From positions 248,001 to 284,543 of the forward strand of contig NW_003526944.1 of the NCBI RefSeq assembly GCF_000181795.1: a DNA stretch of 36,543 bases. Direction: 5' to 3'. Origin of the DNA: Trichinella spiralis (taxonomy: Eukaryota). Position 1 is the first letter of the stretch. Every line of letters starts with the position of its first letter. Positions 13,080 to 23,986 of this stretch are shown one piece after another. The translations under genes and the position numbers were made by a program. The notes beneath the pieces were generated by a model. That model did no database searches, had not been told where the DNA came from, and saw only the letters and a program-made list of their open reading frames with translations.

Positions 13080-16000
13080 TAAGAATAATAATAATATTGT
13101 TGTTGTTGTTGAGAAATGAAGAAAATAGGAATATAAAAAATGCTGTATATTGGATCAGATCATAGTTTATTATTCATATTTTGTTTATCAGCTATTGTTC
13201 TCAACAGCACCATCAACATCATCGTCATTATCAGTAGTAATATTTCTTTTTTTATTTTTGCTTCTTGCACGTTTCACGATGCCAAAACTGCTCTCTGTTA
13301 AGTAATATGCCGCATCACACGAACATTTGTTTCCTTTTCTTTTAGAAATTTTTACTATCTTTTTTATACGTTGCTTTCAGCAAAATTAGCCATTTTTACA
13401 AAGCAATATTTATTCTATTTATTCTGCTTTTTTTCCTATCTGATCTTACACTGATGGTCATGATTCATTTTGTTATTAGTAATTCTCTATTCTTTCGATT
13501 ATTTATTTCTGTCTCTGATCTTTCTCAAATTTTTTCATGAGGTTTGAAAAAGAGACAAGCAAACAAAAAAAAATAGAAACAGCTGAAGCCCTCCCTATCT
13601 ACTATACATATATACTATCTTTTTGTTTCTTCAGTTGTGATATTTTTTCTGTTTGTTGTTATTCATTATGATAAATAATGTGGCATGCTCTTCCTGCTTT
13701 CTTATCCCATTCCAGATGGAACCGAATATGCAGTACAACAGCAATTCACTTCCTTGTGCTTGTTCGGTTTTTGGTCCATTGTTGATCTTTTTTTAAGAAA
13801 AAGAATATTTCTTCCAATTTTATCCGCATCATTTTTTACTTTTGTAAGCAACTGTTTGTTTCCATTTTGCTCATATGAAAAATGTCGCTTTGTTTTCTTC
13901 ACTATATCAGCAATGTAGTTTTTGGAATTGCACTCCACTATTCATTTGCATTAAACCTTCAATACTATTATTGATATCATTATATCTTCAATTAATTAAC
14001 ATATTCGAAGTACGTGTAATTCATTAATTATTTATTTGTTTTTTATTTGTTTAGATTTTGTTCTTAATTGGAGACTGTGTAAGTGAAAAAGAAAAGCAGA
14101 AAAATTACTACTTGACCGATGAACTTATCGCTTTGTTATCGTTCTTGTGAAATAGTCAGTGCCTTGTAATTGGTAAAAAAGGAATGCTATTTCTTATTTG
14201 ATGGAAAACTTTTTTATAAAATAACAATATACTTATTTTTTATTATAAACAAATAGATAAATGAAAATAATGATAAGTAATATTTTTAGCGACAAATGGA
14301 GGAACAACATGGAAATTTTTACATTAAGAATCAGGCAAAGAGTAGTAATGTGAAATCAGATCATAGCAAATTCTTCAAAGCCAGCATCTAACTTCGCCAC
14401 TATTTTAAAATATGTTTCAACGGTCAATAATCGATCGATCGGTGATTTGGCTTTTTATTTTGTTTAAATAAAAGGTAGGCTTAGTTTGTATTATTATGGT
14501 TTGCTTGGAATGTGCAAATTTTTTATCAGTATTATTTTTATTACGCATGAATCTCCTTTATAAATTTTTATAATTGAATCAAAATTGACGCTGTTTATTT
14601 CACCAGTTATTACTATCAGTTGTCTGAAGTAGTTATTCAATTCAATGAATGGCTAATTCCATTAATTGGAAATATTGCCATTTTCGATTGCATTAACTGA
14701 TAGCGGTTTTTTTGTGTGTGTGCGTGGGGGGGGGGGGAAGAAAATTCATTTATATATTCACATTTTTAGTATAGCTTTAAAATTTGGTGTAACAACCAAC
14801 TGAATTGAATTGTATTAATTATTCATTCAGTGATAAGTATTAAAATTTGAATTGTTTTCTTCAGATGAAAGACAGTAAAATGAAAAGAAGGTACGTTGTA
14901 TGTTTGTGATGTTATTTGAAATTTTCAATTTGCTCGAAGAACATTCTGTAGTTGTGGAATTGTTTAAGAACTAAATGTAAAATTTTACTAACAATTTAAA
15001 TATTTTAATTTTTTATTCACTTTTGTTTGTTTTTGCAATTTGCCGAAAAATTTAATGTAATGAAACTTTGTCGCACTTTCAAATTGCCAAAGTTTTAAAG
15101 ATTTTTATTTATAGGTATAGGTATCCTGAAAATAATGATAAAAGTAGTTTTACAAATTAAAGAAATAACTGGTGAAGAAATAAAGTATATATTTATATTC
15201 TTTGTATTGTGTAAGTGTTCATTTGAAAGCATACTTCAAATAATCGAATATGGTTTTACTGAATTGTGTTATTGGTTTATTTTCTATAGATTAAGAAGAA
15301 GGCACTGTTAAATTTGAGGTGAATTATCACGGAAATCAGTCAGATCAACGACAAATAAGAAAACTCATACAGCTTGTATGTGAAGTGAAAGTCACTTCTT
15401 CTGCTGATCGTTTTTACAGTTTTCTACTTGTCTGAGCTTTTCTTTCTGCTTTATAAACAGTTCAAAATCATTTTTGGAGGTGCTGACTAAAGGTAAGCTT
15501 AATTATTTTATTTATATTATTATTATTAGATTGTTATTATCATTATTATTTGTTCTCAGTTTTGCTTTACTTTAACTAACCACCCTACTGAGCCTTTGAA
15601 ATAGTCAAAATTTTTTCAAGGATTCCACCCTTGTGCGCAGTCAAGCCGATAGTTTAAAGAGCGGCATGCTTCTGTTATTCACTTTTAATTTGGGTATTGA
15701 ATGAATGTATATGATGATAACCGGAAATTTGTTAGTCGGGTTTTCGTTTTGATCCTTTGACCGTGGCTTATGAAGGGGAAAATTGGAAACCAAGCGGGGC
15801 GCTTTATTATAATTATTATTCTAATTTTTACTATTATTATTTCAATTCTGTTTCTTCTTATTCTTCCTCTTTTTCTTCTAATTCTGCTTGCTGTTATGAA
15901 AACTGACCATCTGTAGTGAACGCAGATGCTGATCGGCTTCTTGCTCATCGAACAGTGAACGGGCAACATTCAAATTGGTCGTCCTTCGGGGCACGCATCT

Positions 16001-19000
16001 GTTGGTTTTTAAGCTCGAATGCCGTCGTCCTCGAAACGAACCGCTGATGTACACTCGGTTCGTCTTGGACAATGGCTGCACTGTCGTGCAATTCGATCGG
16101 GTCGGTCACTTGACTGACCAGTGGTCAATTAATTTTCACCGTCCGGCACAACGGTGATCAGTAATCCGACGCTCAGTTTAATAATTAATCAACATCTTTA
16201 CCGTTTCATTAGCAACGCCCACTTGAGCGGCCATTCTTATATGCAGCAAACAATGAGAGAAAAGGTATAATAAAATTATCATAATGCAAAAGTACACTTG
16301 GTCGAAGATCAGAAATCTCCTTGGTGGAAGTACAGATGTTTAGAAGTTGTCGATTTTTTCCTGCCGAACTCTGACACTTCAGGTCACCGATCCAAGCTAA
16401 TGATGAAAAAGTAGCAAATAGAACACACAGCTAGGCAAAGCATTGAATGCCTCCCGTCGACTGGATACCAATTCAACCAGCCCTCTTCCCTCCCGTAGTG
16501 ACCAACTGGTGCTTTGTTTCACTTTAACCATCATGATGAATGAAAAAAATTTTTTTCCCACTTGTTACTGTTTTCAAAAATCACACCTACATCTGGCGCT
16601 TTTGCAGGAACAAACAAGCATTGTTGTGCTAGCAAAATGATTGTCAGACTAATTAATTAATTCGATTGTATTTCTTCTTAGTTTGGAAAAATTTCAAAAG
16701 GCATTTTTTAATAGCATTTTTATAAATTTGTGAATGAGAATATTCAGCATGTTTAACAATTTTCCATTGTTATTCTACTGTAAGTGGAATGCGTTGTTAT
16801 TAATTAAGACTAGCGGGCTGTTTTTATTTCATTTTTAATTTGAAAAGAAATTTTGACAAAAAAGAAAATTAAAAATTAAGATGCATTTTCTTCCAAGGTT
16901 AACAAGAGAGCTATTGAAATTTGAAGAAAATATTTCCGGGGTGAGGTTTACAAATTAATTCAGGCCAAGGATCTCATTGAAGAGGAAAAGCAAAAGAAAT
17001 TGAAAAAAATGGCAGGAAATTGCTTGTACTTTTTAATTTCATTTCTTATGCAAGGAATCGAAATGAATTGCTTTTTGAAAAAAGGAATGACACACAACAC
17101 TTTGGAATAGATATTTTTCTGCTCTATTGTTTAATTGGTGACATTTTCATTTTGTCAAATTTTCAGAAAAAGCCGTTTCTTATTCCTCTTCTATTTTTTT
17201 GTTCTGTTCTGTTTTACATTCTCTTACTGTACAATTTAATGCTTTTGCAAACAAAATGCGCGTCCTCCACTTGTGAAATTGCAGATTTATAAGATATATG
17301 ATATTAGTAGAGATTTCATTGCCAACAAGAGATGTATACTTGCCTTTGCCCAGGTCAACCTTTTTAAAGTGAACAAATTTCCATTATTTCAATTGCAGCA
17401 GTGAATTTTCAAATTATCTTCTGAACAGTGTTTATGTTTCAATCGCATTAAGTAGTATTTAAATTTAAAAAGTGAAAAATTTGACACAAAACAGCAAATA
17501 CAAATGGAATTAACTTTTTGAAATGACTTTTTATTTTTTCATTTTCAGCATATTTGAATATTATTTTTCATTTGACTAAAAGTAGTTCAGAAAAATTAAA
17601 GAGAAAGAGAAAAATATGAAAAAGAGTGATAATTTTTGAACTCTTGTCTTATTTATCAGTTATGATAGTAATGCATGGCAGTTTCTTCTTCTTCACCTTC
17701 TTCCTTAATGAAGGTTGGTTATTGTTTGAAAGTAATAATTAGATGAAATCTGTTGGATAAGAGTTGTCAAAAGCTGGATGACCCTGACAAAAAGCTGGTG
17801 TCATATTTTTATTTCGCAAAGCTGCTCACGAACTAGCAATTGGTGGTTGGATTGGATGGCTTGGCGAAGGAAAAGTGCCGCCAAGCGTGAAGGCCAAGAC
17901 AAAATACAGAACAGAGCAGAACAGATTGGCCATTCCAGGCAGCCGGCTGACTAACATAACAGACTGACTGACTGAATGCTAGGGTGCTGCTGACTTTTTT
18001 CCATTTTCACTCACTAGCCCACTTGTGGAAAAGTTGTGTTCACATTTCTCATTTTTCAACAAAGCCAACAACACACAAGCTGCATCGATCAACCGGAAGC
18101 CATAGAGCAGTCGGTGCATGTAAAAATATTTTTGTTGTTCGCCTCAGTATGGGTCACACCCGCGGTGCCAGCGTTCACCGGCTCATTAATCATCCCTTTT
18201 GTACGTCTAAGCAAAGACCGGCCAGTTGCAGGCAAGAAAAGCAAACTTGTACCTGCAGTGCACACTAAGTGGGACTTTGGCAGAGTTTTGTAAAAATTTT
18301 TCCACAAACTTCCCACGGTTCGTTTTTCATCTCATTCTATTGATGCTGGCAGATTCACAAAGGTGAATACAAATTTTGGAAAAGAAATCACAGTTGAAAC
18401 AGACAATTCAAAAATACAAATGAAAGATGAAAATTTTCAGAACTCACATATGCTTATTTATATGAAAAATATTTTCATCAATTTTATCTGCAGAAACAAA
18501 AAGAGAAATTTATAAACAGTTGCTGCAACTAATTGATCTCATAATTTTCAGTGAATTATGAAAATATTTTTCCATCAAATACTGGTTATCTTCAGCAGAT
18601 ACTTTTGTATTAAATATATATGTATATGCATATTTTTAGCTTATATTTATATATATGGTGCCGCACCTTCTATTCGCTTCGAACCGGCTACATTGAATTA
18701 ATCATTTTAATGAACAGATTGGTTAATAATAATAATAGCCTGTCATTCATTTATTTAATTTTAGACTCTAATTAAGGACAGCTTTTCTGAAAGCTGCTTG
18801 AAATTTTATTCTATTTTAGGGATCAAGTGTGAAGTTACTTTTGTGAAAATTTATAATTTTGTAGCAGCTGCACATATCACATTGAGCACTAAATCAGTTC
18901 TATTGGTAGAGCTGGAAAATTTTTCCAAGTAAGTAACTTTTGAAATATCTTCATCATAACAATGCAATTGGGTGAGTTTCATTATTGGACAAATAATGCA

Positions 19001-20338
19001 TGCGTGTTAACTTGTTTGAAATTATTACAGTGCCATTCATTTCACTGAATTAGGAATAAAAAGCAAAAACAAAAAGCAACATGCGCATACTTAACTTGTA
19101 CCAGTGTGTCGTCTGCTACTTGTGATGTGCCTGGTACGATGCGAGTGAAGCACTCTTGAGCAGTTAAGTTAAGCACGGTTGCATTTTAAAAAGATTAGAA
19201 GCAATATTTAAATTCATACTAGTTTCAAAGAATCAACAGAAATGAGTTTTCATTAATGTAGGTAATTTTTGCAATTGAATTGCATTAGCAGTTGCAAACG
19301 ATCTGTGAAAATGTTTTGAGGGTGGAAAAAATTTTTTTCATTATCATTCATGTTAAATAATTGCATACTCTCTTGCTCAGTTTTTGTGTTTTTTTTGAAT
19401 AACTTCTTTTTCCAGAACATTTAGAAGCGTGTGTGCCAAATGTTTTTCTTATTAGTTTTCCGAATGTGATATAACTGATAAGTATGATAAATGATAATCA
19501 TAAACCATAGTTGGGGAAGATTGGATTGAAAAGAAATTATTCAACTTGCACAGTTATGAATGGTGGCATTTTCATTCACATTTTGCTAATGCAAGTTAGT
19601 TCTCTCCATTTTGAACACATCATCAAAGCTATTGTGAACATGCATTGTTTTCTTTCTTTTTTTTGTTGTTGCATAATATATAACATTGTTCTTTTCATTT
19701 GCAATGTTGCATATGCTAGAAAGCAGATATTAAAGCACGCTGAAAACAAAATAAATACATAAATACGCACATTCAGAGAAAAATAAATTTAGCAACAGCG
19801 GGCGTCTTTAGTTGTTTGAATGGAAGCTTTTTTGGAAACGCCCCGACGAATGGATCTTTTTAATCTTTTGCTTAAGTGATTCTTTTTTTTACTTTTGATT
19901 TCTGAGACATTTTCCGTTCTACACAGCAGTCGTTTTGTTCATCTAGCCGTTGATGTTTTATTTATTTATCTTTTCAGTTATATAATTTATCCCTCTTTTC
20001 AGTAAGTTGCTTTTGTTCTTTTTTTCGCTGACATCAGATGGCAACAACGGATTTTTAAAAGACGTAGTTCAATGGTAAGCTTTTGTGAAATGGCTTCTGT
20101 TTTGTTGAAAGTTTATTCTTGTGAAACAATCTATTTTTCTGAGCTTTGTTTTGGAAAACGAAAACATCCTAAACCGAGTCAACAGCTCGCGGCTCTTTGT
20201 TACAAAGGCGGGCCTTGCGGTGACCAATCAGCGTCCACTTCGAGACCGCTGTCCAATCGCTTTTCGCTGTCGTCGAAACGCATCGATCTTGTCGAGAAGA
20301 GGGCTAGCATTTTGCATTCCGTTCCTGGTTCTGTGAGG

Positions 20339-23300
20339 ATGTTGTCGTCTGTACGTCAAATTTCTCTCATCGCACTGTTATTGCTTGCTTGTAGTGTAAG
20401 TTGCTTTTTTTCAACGTGACAAATGTCGAAGAAAAGTATTAAAAAAATTTTTCCCCTCAATTCAGGGTAGCACGTATGCGGTAGGTAGGATTGAAATGGC
20501 TTTGGATGCTGTGTATAATCCGAAAGGTCAGCTGAGCAATGGTGCACACTGTCGAGATCGTTACATGATTAATGAGTCGGTAGCGGTGCCAGGACTTTGT
20601 CATACCATTGCGATGATTTGTTATCGAACGTACGACGACCAAGAACGTCTGAGTACGGTTGAAGTTGGAAAATGTCACTATGGTCAGTGGTCATCGCACG
20701 GTGAACTTGGACTGAACAGTTTCGGCGATCCGGATGATCTTCTCAAACCGTTGATTTCTAATCGTCAAGATTTTACTTATAAATGGCCGGTAAGTTGAAC
20801 ACAAATTCTGTTCAAATTTGCATGTTGTTTTTGTATAGACGTGTACTTTTGTATATTTAAATGTAGTTTCAGTAGTCTGTAGATGTATGTATATATATGT
20901 GGGTGGGTAATTGTTTCGTGTTCTTCTTTTTTTTGAATTCACATGGCTGATCGATGCAAGTTAGACGCAATGCGACAGTGCAGCTGATGATGCAGCGCCG
21001 CGCAATCAGATCATTTGTTTACAGGTACAACGTTGACCCGGCTTAGAGCGCTCTGAACCGAGTGGTCGCTTTTCAACAAATCTTTAGATGACTATCTGTT
21101 GACGAGCACATGTGGAACAGCTTGTACGTCTAGGCAGCGTTTTCGTGTTGACTGCTTGCCGGACAGCAGCTGGTCGACCCTTTCGCTGTATGGCTATTAG
21201 CTGAACAGAGCAGATGTTGACAAAGTTATACAATACTTGGTCGCATTGCATTATGGGCTGTTGGTGCATCTGCTGGACAAAGCGGTCGACTGTTACGACT
21301 GAGTGGCGTAATTTAAGCATCATCTGCCACCGTTGTCTGTCTGACGTTGCGTCGCAGCTGTACAACAGCGTCTAGTCTGAATTTTGCCGCGCAGTTCGCT
21401 AAGGTCAGTCTGATCAGTGAAGGAAGTGAACCCAAATTAAATTATTAAGCTGGTCAACAGACGATCACGCCTGGGTTCTTTGTTTTCATTAGACAACTTG
21501 AAAAATTCACTTGGCTTCAAGAGCTAACTTATCAGTTTTTCTTGCATTTTCTATTTCCACTGCCTGTATGGAAAACCATTTTGTATTATTTGATTTTTCA
21601 TTTTGTCAGCATTTTCAATTTTTGCTATCATTCATCACTGGGATCACCATAATGCCGGCACTTTTATTTATTCAACCATTTATAAAGCTTTTGTTCCCTG
21701 CAGTCCGTGCGGCAGTAGTTTGCTCAGTGTTGCTTCTTTTCTCTTTCTCTCTCGACCGATCGATAAGATATACATGCATGCATATATCATGTATATACAT
21801 GGTAAGATTTCTGCTTTAGACTGGCGGCAAAAGAATTTTATTTTCACTTGCAACATGACAATCTTTCAGCAAAGCAATTCAGCGCAAAATGGTTAGTTAG
21901 ACAAGCAAGTTGAGCGAAAAGAGTTCGCAAAGCGCTATGTATCATAGCTTTAACAAACGGGGAAAGGTGAGGAAAGAAAAACAGTGTTTGCTTTATTATC
22001 ATTTATCCGTTGCAAACTGGGAACAACACACTGGAATAATGATATTCTGTTTTTTTGTTTTATTTTTGTTTTTTATTATTATTTAAACATTGTTTCCAAA
22101 CGCCATCATCAAGATTTTGCAGCCTGTAGAAGTTGACTGTGAAAATGATAAATCTTTTATCATTTCTAAGATATGTATTTATATATGATTTTGTTCTTTA
22201 CAATTTTTGCATCTGTGAAAAGTAGTCAGCAAGTGAAAGTGAATGGAAATTAAGCAAGAAATCTAAATACAAAAAAAATACCAATTAGTAGAAAGGCAGA
22301 ACAGAAGAACAGGATGTTGATTGAGACGTTATGTATGTGTTGACAAGTTGAATGTGCTATTGTATCTGATTGGTGATTGTCGATTGATGTCGTCGCTACA
22401 TGGGACAGACATCTAGTTTTCTGTTTTATCATGCTTTGTTTTAATTGTACATGCTGAGAAAAGTTGTGAAAACGAAATTTCCTCACATGGAGGTATTTTA
22501 ATTAATTCATTTGTTTGTTTGTCTGTGTTAGTTTATTTGAATCGTATATTTGAATCATTGTATTAGCTGAAGCGTATGTGTGCCGTTTGCGCATTTTGCT
22601 TGATACTACACCGCATGCCGCGCTATTATTCATGTGCCTCAGGGTGAGCAGCTTTTAGGCCACTTGAAAGTTCTCACGGGTTTTTGCTGTGCAGTGCGAT
22701 GTGATTTGATCGACGCGATCTGATCGTTTACTCGACAGCTTAACTGGTCCAAACTGGTCCCAGTTTAGTTGAAGCCATAAGAAAAGCTGTTTAAGGTTGA
22801 CTTTTCAATTTGGTTTGTTTTCAGGGGTCGTTGACAATCGTGGTGAAGCTGATTCACGGCGGGCCGACTGTTGGTAAGTGGAAGATATTTATTTTATTTT
22901 ATTTAAAATAAAGGAATAAATAAATCATTTAATGCTTTGTGTGTTTATTTTAAGATCGGCAGCAGTTGATTTTTGAATCAGTCAAGCCAATGTTGTTAGT
23001 GGCTTCATCAGACCAAGGATGGACTCGTGTTGATGATTACGGTCAAGTGGGCGTCGACGGTTCTGTTGGTTTGACGTATCGTATTCGTGTTGTTTGCGCT
23101 GATCACCATTACGGACCTGACTGCGCGAAACGATGCAGTCCTAAAGAGGGATATTACAACTGCAGTGCCGAAGGAGAACGCATCTGCATGCCTGGATGGC
23201 TTCCACCGAAATGTCAAATGCGTAAGCCCATAAATGAACAACAACGATTATATTATTTTAAGAAAAATGAATAATAAATATAATTAGGAAAAAAGCATAA

Positions 23301-23935
23301 AAGATTGTTAATTTTGTTCTTTTCATTTTTAGCAATTTGTTTGCCCGGATGTACCAGCACTTGTCGTAGACCAGGAACGTGCGATCTTTGCCCTCAAGGT
23401 TGGACCGGTCCGACGTGTGGCCAATGTGAAGTGCGTCAAGGCTGCGTGAACGGCTATTGCAACAAGCCGAACGAATGCATCTGCCACGAACGATGGGGTG
23501 GAGTGCATTGTGACATTGGTAAAAGCCTTCATTCACAACTTCTACAAAGTTTTTTTTTATTGTGGATGAAATTTATTCTAATTTTACCTTCAGATTTGGA
23601 TTTGTGCTTTCATCGAAATCCATGTCAAAATGGCGCCACTTGCCTTGGTCGAACGCAAGGCAATTTCACCTGCTTATGCGCTTCTGGATTTACTGGAACA
23701 TACTGCAATACAAGTGCGTTTGTGTTTCGAGAAAAAATTAATATTAATTTGTCAGTTTTATTTCAGCTAAAGTAAACTCATCGAACGAAGCAAATTCTTG
23801 TAAATACAACGGCATCGTATATCAAGCACAGCAACGTTGGCTAGTTGACGATTGCGCCATTTGCGAATGCTCTAATGGAACAGTGCATTGCAATCGGGTA
23901 TGTTAACAAGCTAATTAATTAAAACGAATAAATAT

Positions 23936-23986
<51 letters not shown>

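Noticed and set aside
15121..15129. GTATCCTG, resembling a U12 5' splice site
   Set aside because: Imperfect match, not inside a recognised gene, and no TCCTTAAC branch site downstream.
18657..18692. GGTTCGAA B-box-like motif on the minus strand, suggesting a tRNA or SINE
   Set aside because: No cloverleaf stems or A-box at the right spacing, and the flanks are AT-rich.
21033..21068. Short hairpin centred on the palindrome AGAGCGCTCT
   Set aside because: Too short and imperfect for a pre-miRNA, and has no other support.
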